From assembly GCA_973851085.1 (NCBI GenBank), contig OZ316776.1:7812001-7876000 (forward strand): 64,000 bases of DNA, in the 5' to 3' direction. The position numbers and the translations under genes were made by a program. The notes beneath the pieces were generated by a model. The model had not been told where the DNA came from and did no database searches. It saw nothing but the letters and a program-made list of their open reading frames with translations. The DNA comes from Ptychomitrium polyphyllum (Eukaryota). The first letter of the stretch is position 1. Each line of letters opens with the position of its first letter. Shown here in pieces: positions 13,843-26,885 of this stretch.

Positions 13843-14382
13843 TATTAGGGATACAAAAAACAAGAAGCAGAAACGAAGTGTTTCCCAAGAATTAGCTTCC
13901 AAAGAGCTAATGATTAACAAGAACTTGATACAAAGACTAGAACAAGGCAGGATTCAAGATGATCCACAATTTGTGTTGGCAAGATTAAGCAATACCTTGT
14001 CTTGCCTCCTATTTATACTATGACGTTTGTATCTCCTAGGATACTTCTAAAGAAGCTTCCTACAAGGCTTAAGAATGTTCTGGAAGTCTAAGGAACCTTC
14101 CTAAGAAGTTTCCAAAGATGTTGGAACCTTCCTAAGAAGCTTCCAAGGAGTTGGAACCTTCCTTGGAAGTTTCCTAAGGTAGCGGAACCTTCTCAAGAAG
14201 TTTCCTAAAGAAGTAGAACCTTCCTAGGAAGTTTCCTAAGATGATGGAACCTTCCTAGGAAACTTCCTAAGAACATGGAAAGACTATGGAGACATCTAAA
14301 AGTATTCTAAGAAGCTATTATAGTATACTAGAAGGTTCTAGAATGTTCTAAGGACTATGTTGCATGATCTATGTCCGTGACA
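13843..14382 (-). mobile_element. Solo LTR (F family, 540 bp) inserted in the 3' LTR of C
   Basis: Exact TSD GGTAT at 13838-13842 and 14383-14387. Confidence 0.92.
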
Positions 14383-17300
14383 GGTATACCTTCTCTTGCC
14401 TTTTAGGAAATACTTCTAAAAACGCTTCCTCTAAAGTTTAAAAACGGTTTAGAAGTCTATCAAACCTTCATGAAAAGTTTCCTAAAGAAAGTGGAATGGC
14501 TATGGAAGCATTAAAAGTATTTTAAAAAGCTACTACAATGTACCAGAAGGTCCTAAAAGCTGTATTGCATGATTTATGTTTGTAACATCACCTCTTCCTT
14601 TAGCAGCAAGTCCAAGGACAAGCTTTTCTTGTAGCTTCCTTATTATATCTCAACAAATTCCAAAATTTGTTGAAGAAGAGAAGCAACATATTTTGCTCAT
14701 TGTTTTTTGTCCACTAATTCAATTAATCCTTGTTAAAATTGCCAATGACCACCAGCCAAGGCTTCTATTGTTGAAGTGTTCCAACTTAAGATCTGATCTT
14801 GATTAAGTCCTTTGAAACATCTTCCAAATAGGATCTCTGGTCTTCCAAGATGACTCTTCTAATTTCTAATAAGATGAATAGTGCTCAAGCATCTGAATTA
14901 AGACTGGAATATGAAGGGCGACTAGCCAATACTTCTATATTTGTCTTATTTGACATTGGAATGCCTCTTTCATATCTTAGCTTAGATCTTCAAAAAGTGA
15001 CGATTGAAAGAGTTGAGTTGATTCAATAGATGTTGCTATTGAAGAAGGCATGGCCAATAGTTCTTCACAAATATCCACGATAACACAAAAATTTGACATA
15101 TTAGCTAAGATCTAGATATGATCTATCTTGGAAATAATATTGCATACAATTGAAGATTGGATGTTGTTCCTCCCTTCTTATACTTGTCTATGAAAAAATC
15201 TTCTCCATGAAGTTAGCGGCTATTGATTAATCATAACACGTCATCAATGACTTGGTTTTTGGAAATATCTTTAATGAAATTTGCGTACTTTGTCAGATGC
15301 ATTTATCAAATTCATCAAAAGTTTATGTATTTGGTCATTGATGCCATATTCTTATTAATGTATGAGGTACTTGTCACGTCTATTCTTAATGTGTGAATTT
15401 AAAATTCCTTTGACTTTATACTCCATTTCATTATTGATTTCCAATGGACAAGGTAGAAGAACAATCCTCTTTGGTATATATGACTTATTATAGATTTTCA
15501 ACAAAGATACGTAAAATACTAGATGAATTTGCATGGTTGGTGATAGTTTGAGGTGATAACTAAACGGATTTATTTATTTGATGATTTCAAATGGTCCCAA
15601 TTTTTGATAATTTAGCTTATTTAACGATCTTTTTGTTTGTATATTTTGTCATAGGAGCCATATACTACCTCCAACCTTAAACTTTAAATGGTCCTTCCAA
15701 TCACAATATATATAAGTTTTGTATCAATCTTGAACTTGTTGTGGTGAGAAAAAATTAAATTCTTGGTGGATTTTAGCAAGTTGAGTTGCAAAATCTTCTA
15801 TTGCAAGACTTCCAACATGCTTCACTTAAAATGGGTCTATCCAATGAAGGCCATAGTTTACAAAGAATGGAATTTTCATTGTTGAAAAATGCATTATATT
15901 GTTGTAAATAAACTTTGCCAAAGGTAAGAGGTCCATCCAATTGTCTGCTGGTAGTTTATACTGCAATAGAGTGACTGCTCCAAAATTTGATTCACATGTT
16001 CGGTTTGATCATCAAACTGCGGATGGTATGCTAAAATAATGTTGATCTTTACATGCAACATCTAGAATAAAACCTTTTAAAAGTTGAAAATTAATTGCAA
16101 TCCTTGATCAAATACAATGTCATTTAGTAATTCATGAATTCAAAAAATGTGATTTAGAAATAACTTGGCAGTTTCTTCTTTTGTTACCATTTTGTTGCAT
16201 GAAATAAAATGCGCCATCTTAGTAAACCAATCCACTACTACCAACATAGAATCTTTAGAATCAAAATTTGGAAGGTCTATAATAAAGTCCATTGACAATG
16301 ACAACCATGGATCTTTTGGAATTACAAGAAAATAGAAGAAACCATGAAGTTGGTGTCTTGATACATTGGCCCTTGCATAAGTGTCATATGATCAAATAAA
16401 GCCCTTCACGTATTTCTACATTTGTGGCCATCAATAGTCTTTGATAATCAGTTCCATTGTTTTATTAAATCCAAAATGCCCTACTACTGGAAATCATGAC
16501 ATGCTTGAAAGATCGTCAATTATAAAGGTTTTGGAGATAGGTACAAAACTCCTTCATAATAAAGTATATCCTCTTAAAATACAAACTCCTTATCATTATT
16601 TAAAGGATGTGCGTTGTATTTGAGGTGCCTTTTTATATTTGAAACAAAGATACCATTTTTTAAAGTCATCCAAATTTTGTCAAGCTAGAGTGTTGTAGTA
16701 ATAATTGTTGGTTTCAGTTGAAAATTTTGTGGCTTCAACAAAAAACTACTTTATTGATTCAAAACTTCATTTCTAGGTTTAGAAACCAAATAAAATCTTC
16801 AAAATAAGGCATTCAACTTATCTTATAGGCTACTAAATCAATAAGTAATGTCAAAGTCAAATTTAAAAAACAACATATTCCACATTGTTTGATTGCAATT
16901 CAAAACACGTGCACTTATAAAGTACTCTAAGTTCTTTTGGTTTATATATATTGTGATGATATGTTGAGTTCCTTCCAACAAATGACACCATTCTTCAAAT
17001 GCATTCATAATTATAAGTAATTCCATGGCATGAATATCATAATTGATCTTTGTAGCTAAAAACTTCTTTGAATAAAAAGCAATAGGATGGAATCTTCTGT
17101 CTTTGTTATATTGTGAGAGTACTAAAATAAACGCAAAATCTAAGGCATCTTCTTCCAAAAAGAAATGCTTTGATGGATTTGAATGAATAAGGATTGGAGC
17201 CAACGTAAATGACTTCTTAAAACATTAAAATGCTTTTTTTGCCTCTTCATTTCAAGTGAATTTTTGCTTCCTTGTAAATTGCGTCAATAGAGCTGCAATC

Positions 17301-18544
17301 TTGGATAAATTGTTGATGAATGTCCTATAGAAATTTGCAAATTCCAATAAGCATTAAACATCTAAAATTAATCTTAGTGTATTCCATACCATGACAGTGT
17401 TTATTTTCTTCTCATTATATGAATTCCTTCTTTGTAAATAATATAGCCTAAAAAATTCAACCAAAGATTCATAGAAAAGGTCCTTCTTCAATTTGGCATA
17501 TAATCCTTGCTAGTGTAGTTTTTTAAAAACTAATTGCACATGACATTCATGGTCTTATTCATCTTTTGAATAAATCAAAATACCATCTAAATGGATGACT
17601 ACAAAATTGTCCAAATATTCATAGAAGATATCATTCATCATGTATTGAAAGACTATACGAGCATTACTAAGGCCAAAAGACATGACATTGTATTCAAAAT
17701 GGCCATACCTAGATCAAAAGGCTATCTTTTGTTTTTCTCTGTTTTTAATATGTACAAGGTTGTAGGCTTCTCTAAAATCAATCTTAATGAATATCTTTGT
17801 TTTACCAAGTTGTTGTAGGAATCTTTAAATCAATAGTAGTGAATAGCAAGTCTTCTTGGTCACTTTATTGAGGTCTCAATAGTTCACACACATACGTAAT
17901 GATCCATCATTCTTCTTTATAAATTAGATGGATATTCCAACAAGTGATTTAGAATATTTGATGAAACCCCTTTGAAAGTTTTCATCAATATATTCTCTTA
18001 AGGTAGTTAATTTTGTTAGTGATAAGTTATACATAAATCCAAAAGATAGTTGAGCTATCTCTTACAACTCAATGGCACAATTGTAAGATTGGTGCTTCAA
18101 TAATATGTCTACATTTTTCTTCTCAAAAATGTCTTTATAATTGTGATGTTTGTAAGATATGCCCTAATTAGATTCTACCATAGAACCATACATTGGCGTG
18201 GCATAAATGACATAGATTGATTTATGCTTTACTACTCTCATAAATGCCTTAATTTCAATAAATGATGGTCTAAGATTTCGCGGACGTTGATGTCTTTCTT
18301 TAAGACCACACTCTGTAAGCGTTAATAAATGTCTAAATTATGTAATTCAAACCAAGAAAGGCCCAAGACAGTAGAATTTTTTTGGCATTAAATGATGTTG
18401 AAGACAATCTTAGATGCTGAATCCCCTAAAACAACTTCCAAAAGTTAATTTTCTTCAATAACATTACCAAATTCAAAAGATTGTCCATCAATAACTTCAA
18501 TATGTGTAGGATGTTTTTTATTCACAAGCACTATGTGGTATTTG

Positions 18545-19687
18545 TGTTGCAATCCTTGTAATGCACCTTAACAAATGTCACGCACACCAACCCTGTACAT
18601 CCCCACATACACATGGTTAATTTCCATTTTCACTCTCTAAGTTCCAAGCTTGGTTTTCAATTCTTCCTACACATTTCTCTTAGAACATCCAATTGGTTGG
18701 TAGCCAATGGTTAGATTCAGACTTCCGTTCATGTCCAAGGCCTCATTTGATATTACTCCCATTTCACACGGCCTAATTGCACTTAGTGGTGTCTCTTCAC
18801 CACCATTCATGATCGCCATGTGATTCCAAGATCACCTTGAGCTACCATGGTGCTGGCGTGAAGACACCATCCAAACTTAGTGATAATTAGCACACCTTTT
18901 AGAACTTATTAGTTCCTTTCATGAAATCAATCATCTACTAATTCACAATGGTGTGGGAGTCCCCGTGGTGAAGTTCCAACACTAGCTCCACCTTCCAAGA
19001 GTCACCATTGGTTCATACCGGGACCAATCCTCCCCTATAAAACTCTCTATGGGATTCGGCACGTACCCTAGCCCTTTGTAGCTGGCTAAACCTTAACACA
19101 TTCAAAACTTTGGAAGACCACCCTATCCACTTCGGGACTTAGCTGCTGGAAGCCTCCAAAACTTCCTACGGACCTTCAAGGAGCCATATCTTCTATGCCC
19201 AATCTTTGAATCTATCAAGCGATCACTCTATCGTCATCTATTCTTTGCGTAAATGTTGGTAGACTCCTCAAACGTCTAATTTGACGTAATATTCTGGGAG
19301 ATATGCCTCTCCCAAGGTTCAAAACTTTCAAGGAGTCCCTCTTTGCAGTGTTTTAGTCTAGCACAATATTAATCAAGGACTGTCATGGTCCAGAAGAGCC
19401 CTTGGACAACCTCAACTTTGGGATACCATATCTTTTAGCTCTCTTGTCCAATTTGAGCAATCCTTAGCATTATAAAATCTACTCATTGTGAGGCATCTAA
19501 TGCCTACAACTTCTCTTTTGTGGCACTTAGTCTTAACAAGCAAGGATGTTTCTATCCTTTGGAATCTTTCTCTTACTAGACCTATTTCAATCACTTCACT
19601 GTTGGCGCCACAAGTCCCAGACGTCACATTGGAGTCCGTTTTGTGTCCTTAGTATTGCAAGCACTACTCAAAAAGAGGTGCGCGACA
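18545..19687 (-). mobile_element. Solo LTR X1 (D family) inserted in the protease region of C
   Basis: Reads tgttgc...cgcgaca. TSD ATTTG/GTTTG has one mismatch. The empty site in F reads gatgtttggttgcaaa (~5690). Confidence 0.9.
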
Positions 19688-20291
19688 GTTTGGTTGCAAA
19701 TTCCTTGTCCATGAAGCATGCCATTGTGTCAGTGTTAAAAACAACTTTATTAAATATTTCACCTTCTGACAGTTTGATTTTGATAATAAATGTTAAATAA
19801 GATATAGAAGTTGGAGATATTAAGTGACCTTGATTTGATAGTTATTTCTTTGTGGTGTCTAATTCCATTGCCCCTACTATAGCTGGACAACCTCGATTTT
19901 TAACTCCACCATTGTGCTCCAAGTGTCCCGCACCTCTCTTTCAGCAATGCTTGCAACACTAAGGGCACAACGAAACCTCGGAGTGACGTCCAGGACTTAT
20001 GGCACCGATAATGAAGTGGCCCGAGTAAGCCTAGAAAGGAAAGGATCCCAAGAGGAAAAAACATCCTTGCTCATGTAAACCGAGGGCCAGGAGGGAGGAA
20101 TTGTAGGCATTAGAGGACTCACGACAAGTTGATTCTAGAATCCTAAAGATTGCTCAAATTGGACAAGGGAGCTAAAAGATATGGCATCTCAAAGTTGGAG
20201 CTGCCAAAGGGCTGCTCTGGACTGTGGCAATCCTAGATAGTGACTGTACTGGACTAGGACAGTGTAGGAAGGGACTTTCCGAGAGTTCTAA

Positions 20292-21428
20292 TGTTGCAAC
20301 CCTTGTAATGCACCTTAGCAAGCGTCACGCGCGTCAACCCTGTACACCCTACATGCACATGGTTAACCCCCATTTTCACTTTTCAAGTATTTCTACCATT
20401 TCTCTTAGGACACCCAATTTATTAGTAGCCAATGGTTAGGTGCGGACTTCCATTCATGTCCAAGGCCTCCTTGGTGTTACTTCCATTCCACACGGCCTAA
20501 CCGCACTTAGTGATGTCTCCTCATCACCACTCATGATGCCCATGTGATCCTAAGATCACCCCGAGCCATCATGGTGCCGGCGTGAAGATACCACTTCAAC
20601 TTAGTGGTAACAAGCGTACCCTTTTAAACGTGCTAGTTCCCTTTGTGAAACCGGCCATCCACCGGCTCACAATGGTGTGGGAGTCCCCGTGGTGAAGCCC
20701 CAACACTAGCTCCACCAACCAGGACTTACTCTTGGTCTCTACCGGGACACTAGAGGAGTGGGGAGGGGGACCAGCCCTCCCCTTATAGTACTCTCTGTGG
20801 GATTCGGCAGGCCCCCTGGCCCTCTATAGCTGGCTGAACCCCGACACACCTAGAGTTTTGGAAGACCACCCGATCTCCCTTGGGACTTAGGCGCTGGAAG
20901 CCTTCCAACGGACCTTCAGGAAGCCATATCTTCCTCATTTGGTGCCCGAATGTATCGAGCAACCAGTCTATTGTCATCTACTCTTTGCGTAGATGCCGAT
21001 AGACTCCTCAAATGTCCAATTTGAGTTAACACTGTGGAAGATACGCCTCTCCCAAGGTTTGGGACTCCCGGGGAGTTCCTCCCTAGACTGTCCCACTCCA
21101 GTACAGTCACTGTGTGGGGCTGCCACACTCCAGAATAGCCCCTTGGCAACCCCAACTTTGGGATGCCATAATTTTTAGCTCCCTTGTCCAATTTGGACAA
21201 TCTTTAGCATTCTAGAATTAACTCTTCGTGATTCTTCCAATGCCAGCCATCTATCCCTCGTGGCCCTTGGTCTACATGGGTAAGGATGTTTCTCCCCCTT
21301 AGGAGTCCTTCCCACGCTAGGCCCACTCGGTTTCCCTCACTATCGGCGCCACAAGTCTTGGACGTCACACCGGGGTCCCCCTTGTGCCCTTAGTATTGCG
21401 AGCACTCCTCAAAGAAAGGTGCGCGACA
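20292..21428 (-). mobile_element. Solo LTR X2 (D family) inserted in inverted orientation within the 5' LTR of D
   Basis: Reads tgttgcaacc...gcgcgaca. The flanks tctaa/tttga and the empty site ttcga in D's 3' LTR are all derivable from (t/c)ccga by C>T and G>A decay. Confidence 0.88.
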
Positions 21429-22280
21429 TTTGAACCTTAGAAGAAGCATATCTCCAAGAATACTAAGTCAAATTGGACGTTTGAGGAGTCTATCAATATC
21501 TACGTAAAGAATAAATGACAATAAAGTGGTTGCTGGATAAATTCGGACATCAAATGTAGAAGATATGGCTCCCTTAAGGTCCGCAAGAAGTCCCGTAGGC
21601 TTCTAGCTTCTAAGTTCGAAGGGAGATTGGGTGGACTTCCAAAGTTTTTGGTGTGTCTAGATTCAGCCAGCTACAGAGGGCCAGGAGGCCTGCCAAATCC
21701 CACAAAAGTAGTATAACAGAGGGCTAGTCCTCCTCTCCACTCTTCTAGTGTCCTAATAGGAACCAAGGATGAGTCCCGGTTGGTGGAGCTAGTGTTGAGG
21801 CTTCACCACAGGGACTCCCACACCATTGTGAGCTGGTGGATGACCGATTTTACGAAGAGGACTAGTGAGATTAAAAAGATATGCTTGTTACCACTAAATT
21901 GGGGCGGTGTCTTCATGCCAGCACCATGATGGCTCGGGGTGATCTTAGAATCACATGGAAATCATGAGTGGTAGCGAGGAGATACCACTAAGAGCGGTTA
22001 GGCCATGCGGAATGGAAATAACACCAAGTGAGGCCTTGGACATGAATGGAAGTCCGCATCTAACCATTGGCTACCAATCAACTGGGTGTCTTAAGAGAAA
22101 TGTTAGGGGGAATTGGAAACCAAGGCCGGGACTTGGAGAGTAACGATGGTAGTTAACCATGTGCATGTGGAGGTATATAGGATTGACGTGCATGACATTT
22201 GTTAAGGTGCATTACATGGGTTGCGACATTTGGTTTCAAAGAAAGCTTAAAGTATCCAAGTGCTACGTTGCGAAAATGCA

Positions 22281-23440
22281 ATGGATAAGAAGAAGGCCGA
22301 TGATGGCGAAAAGCCCGGGGCTCCTAAACAATCATGCACAAGGATGAACAAAGATCCCAATCTGATTATTGAAGCTCCATCTTTTTATTCCAATGAACAA
22401 GGGAATGACATTGGAGTCACCAAGGAAGTTGAAGAAATTCAACAAGACAAAGCGTTGGAGGAAAGAGAGTTTTCAAGAGCTAGGATTCTTAAGCCACCTG
22501 AGGGCCTAGAAAGTCAGGACCCTAACCTAAGTTTTTGTATGAAAATGCTTAAGTTCATGGACAGTATGAACCAAGAACTCGAGCATGGCAAAGAAAAAAG
22601 GGCTCATCAAGAGATGTTGATTGAAGACTTGATAGCACAAGGTTTCAGGCCTTCATCTTCAACCAAGAAGTTAGCCAAGGTGAATATGCCAAACACTTTT
22701 TGTGGACTAAGTAAAGCGAGGAAGGTAAAGGAGTTTCTTTTGGAAATGGACAACTATCATGATACTCAAAAGCTGGAAGAGGTGGACAAGGTTTCAATTG
22801 CGGTGACCTTTCTAAAGGACCATGCTCTTCAATGGTGGACAAGTAAAAAAAAGCAAGAGTCGGAGTTGGCGGCAACTTTGTTTTGGGTCGGTTTTAAAGA
22901 GATTTTGAGTGAATGCTTCACTTTGAAATACCAAGAGTTGAGGGAAGGCATGAACTTGGTGCAAATGAGGTATACCAAGTTTTTCAAGACTTATATGCGA
23001 GATTTCAACGCCCAAATGAATGCCACATTCAAAATGGATGAGTTTTCAAAGAAATGCATCTTTTTGGGTGGGCTTCAAAAGTGGGTGGTGGACGCCTTGT
23101 TCAAGTTTCCAAAGCTTTGGAAGGGCGTGGCGGGAATCCTTAAGATTGCAAAAAGAATTGAATCCAACGGACCCAAAAGAAAATCAAGTGGTCCCTCTCA
23201 ACAAAATGGATTGAGCCGAAATGTATCTTGTGGCAGAGAATGCAAGAAATTTGGCTTTGGAAACAAATACAAGGGACAAGTAAATAGAAGGGCCTATAAT
23301 AAAGTGGACCATCATGAGAAACACCATTCAAATCGGGAGATAAGGATGTTGAGATGAAGCACAAGCGTCGTTACAAGTGTAGCAAGATTGGTCACTTCAT
23401 TGCGGAGTGCCCTGATAAAAAGATGAGTACCAAACTTGTC
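22281..23440 (+). pseudogene. gag: gag of D
   Basis: VKEFLLEMDNY...AVTFLKDHALQWW gag motif. A decayed zinc knuckle YKCSKIGHFIAEC lies at ~23372-23410. Confidence 0.85.
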
Positions 23441-23451
23441 ACACTTGTGTT

Positions 23452-26400
23452 GTGAATCATATTTTAGAAGGTGGATTCATAACCAAAGCTAGTAGCCTTA
23501 AGCCAAGGTCGAGTCTCTTTTACCTTGAGGCCCAAATAAATGGCAAAAATGTCTCATGTTTGATTGACACAAGGGCAACGCACTCCTTCATGAGTTCCAA
23601 GCTAGCAAGGGAGTTGGGCTTGTCGGCTCAAAAAGGGAGCAAGCCCATCAACGTGCAATTTGCAAAAGGCAAACCGTACAAGACGAAGGAGGTGGTGTTG
23701 GATGTGGCCTTAAGTAGTGGGACATTGGAGTTGAAGGAAAGTTTTACACTATGTGAGATGGATGAGGTAGACCTCATTTTAGGTGATACCTTTTTCAAAA
23801 CTCATGTAGTGGATGTCAAGCAAAAGCCAGCACGGTTAGTAGTACGCCGTGGTGTGAAGGAATCAGTATTGAAGTTGACTAGGACTCTTATGGTTGCGGG
23901 AGGCAAGTTAAACTTGGTCTCCTTAGAACAATTAGAGAATAATTAATTTGTGGTTGTAATGCAAATGGAGCAAGAAGAAAGGAATAGGCCAAGTGCCAAG
24001 GAGGTTAGAACTATTCCCAAGTGCATTCAAAATGTACTAAGTGATTACAAGGATGTACTCACCAATGAGCTGCTCGCGGAGTTACCGCCAAGAAAAGAAG
24101 TGGATCACAAAATTGAAGTGATACCGGGAACAGAGCCCCCTTTGAAGGCTCCATACCGGTTGAATCAAAAAGAGTTAGAGGAATTGAAGAAGTAATTGAA
24201 TGACTTGTTGGAAAGAAGCTATGTTAAGCCAAGTAAGTTTTCATATGGAGCACCGGTCTTCTTTGTAGACAAAAAGGGTGGCAAGCTCTGCATGTGCATT
24301 GACTATATAGCCTTGAATAAAGCGACCATCAAGAACAACTATCCTTTGCCTTGGATTGATAACCTCTTTGATAGATTGGCGGGAACTAAATACTTTAGTC
24401 GGATAGACTTGAAGTCGGGCTACTATCAAACCCGCATTGCGGATGAAGATGTGCCAAAGACCGCATGCCGCACTAGGTATGGATCCTATGAATTTTTGGT
24501 GATGCCATTTGGGTTGTGTAATGTTCCTTCAATATTCATGACCCTCATGAATACCATCTTTCAAGAAGAAATGGATGACTTTGTCTTTGTTTACATTGAT
24601 GACATTTTGGTGTACTCCAAGTCGGCGGAAGAATATGCAAGGCTTCAAAAACTAATGAAGTGGTGCTTCAAAAACTTAGGAACTACAGAGAAAAGAGTGA
24701 GTTTGCTCAACTTGAGATTGAGTTCTTGGGCCATGTAGTGACGGATGATGGAATCAAGCTAGACATAAGGAAGATAGAGGCAATTAGAGAGTGGAAACAA
24801 CTTTCTACATAGAAAGAGCTAAGATCATTTCTTGGCCTAGCAAATTATTATAGGAGGTTCATACGCATCTTCTCCAAAATTGCTAAACCTTTGTCCGACT
24901 TGTTGAAGAAAGGAGCTAGCCAAATATGGGATGAATTTTGTCACCAAGCTTTTCAAGAACTCAAGGACAAGTTGTCACAACTGCCGGTATTGAAGTTTCC
25001 TGAGTTTGAAAAGCCCTTTAAGGTCTACACGGATGCAAGTGACTTTGCCATTTGGCAGAGTGCTCATGCAAGAAGGCATGCCAATTGCCTATGAGAGCAA
25101 GAAGTTGGATGGGTGCCAAAAGAGGTGGCCCGCGCACGAGAAAGAATTCTTTGCCGTAGTGCATTGTTTGAAAACATGGCGACACTACTTGGGCCTACAT
25201 AAAACCAAACTTTATACGGACAACGTGTCCTTGAAGTACTTTGAGTCATAAGCACAAATGAGTGCAAAGCAATTGAGCTGGCATGACACCTTGGCACTCA
25301 TGAATGTGGATTTGATCTACAAGCCGAGGCGTGACAATGTAGTGTCAAATGCTTTAAGTAGGCGGGAAGAGTTGCAAGCGATGAGCACAACCCAAGTCCT
25401 GCAAGTAATGTACAAGGGAGAAGGTAATTTGGAAAGGAAGATAAAAGAGGGGTACATGAAGGACTTTGAAGCACAAAGGCTTCTTGGTGAGTTTAAAAAG
25501 GGTAAGAAACTTAAGGAAATTAAGTTGGAGAAGGGATTGCTCAAGTACAAACAAAGTCATGTGTATGTGCTTTAAAGAAACTACGATTGTTGGTTTTGAA
25601 AGAAGAGCATGATAGTCCCATAGCCGGCCATAGAAGGAAAAATACCACCATAGCGACGGTGTCAATAAGGTAGTGTTGGCCGGGCATGAAAGCGGAGATC
25701 ACAACTCTGTGAAAACTTGTGTAAAGTGCCAACTCAATAGAGCCTCTTATCAAAAGCAAGCCGGTCTACTACAACCTTTATCAATTCCGCTGGGTCCATG
25801 GCATAGCGTGTCCATGGACTTCATCACAAGTCTTGTAGAGTCGCAAAGGCATGATGCCATCTTTGTGATGGTGGATCATTTTAGCAAGTTGGCGCTTATG
25901 GTACCAACTAGAGGAACCATAACTGCACATGAGACCGCAAAGCTGTTCCTCGATGCATGGTGGAAACATCACACGTTGCCGAGAGTGATTGTATCAGACC
26001 GAGATCCAAAATTCACTAGTGCTTTTTGAAAACATTTCTTTAGAAAAGTTGGAACCAAATTGACGTTTAGCACTGCCTTCCATCTTCAAACGGATGGGCA
26101 AAAGGAACGAGTGAACAAAGTCTTGAACCAATACTTAAGGAACTTTGTGAATGCGGACCAATGCAATTGGGTGGATTATGTGAGCCTAGCAAAGTTCAGT
26201 TACAATGCGGTCAACCATTCGGCAATAAAGCAGTCACCATTTAAGTTGGCAACTCCAGCCTGCCAACTTAACTCTCGAAGGGGCACATTCAACACTAGAG
26301 GTTAACCAAGATGGTGAGGACTTGGCCAAAAAGCACGAAGAAATGTTGAAGAAGACCAAGCTTTTGTTAGAAAAGGCACAAAAGCGATACGGAAAACAAG

Positions 26401-26885
26401 TCAATGCCGGAAGATGTGAAGTGGAGTATGAAGTAGGCCAAAAGGTATTGTTGAATGCGAAGAACTTTAACTTACTTGAAGGCCTCATTCCAAAGTTCAT
26501 GTCCAAGTTTGCGAGGCCGTTTTTTATTGTAGAGCGGGTATTTAAAGATGTGTACTAGTTGGAGCTACCACCCAAAATCAAAGTGCACCCAACATTTCAT
26601 GTCTCACTCCTTAAGCCATTCAAAAAAGATATCTTGTGGCCCAATTGCAAGCAAGTGATTTGGCCACCGCCAGAATTGGTGGGCGACCACTTGGAATATG
26701 AAGTAGAAGGAATTCTCAAGTGTAGGCACCACAAGAAAGTAGGAAAAGAGTATTTGGTGAAGTGGAGAGGATACCATGAAAAGGAAGCAACTTGGGTAGC
26801 GGCCAAGGATTTGGCAAATGCCAATGAAGTGGAGGAACGCTTTGAAAGGAATAGGAACTCCAACAAAAGACAATGTCGGCATTGA
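23452..26885 (+). pseudogene. pol: pol of D (PR, RT, RH, INT, chromodomain) with stops and frameshifts
   Basis: Motifs [35 protein letters not shown] and EYEVEGIL...YLVKWRGY. Confidence 0.93.

Noticed and set aside
20224..22143. Short ORFs recurring in D-family LTRs (for example MEIMSGSEE..., MPIDSSNVQF...)
   Set aside because: They recur only because the LTRs are repeats; the frames are not preserved across X1, X2 and D.
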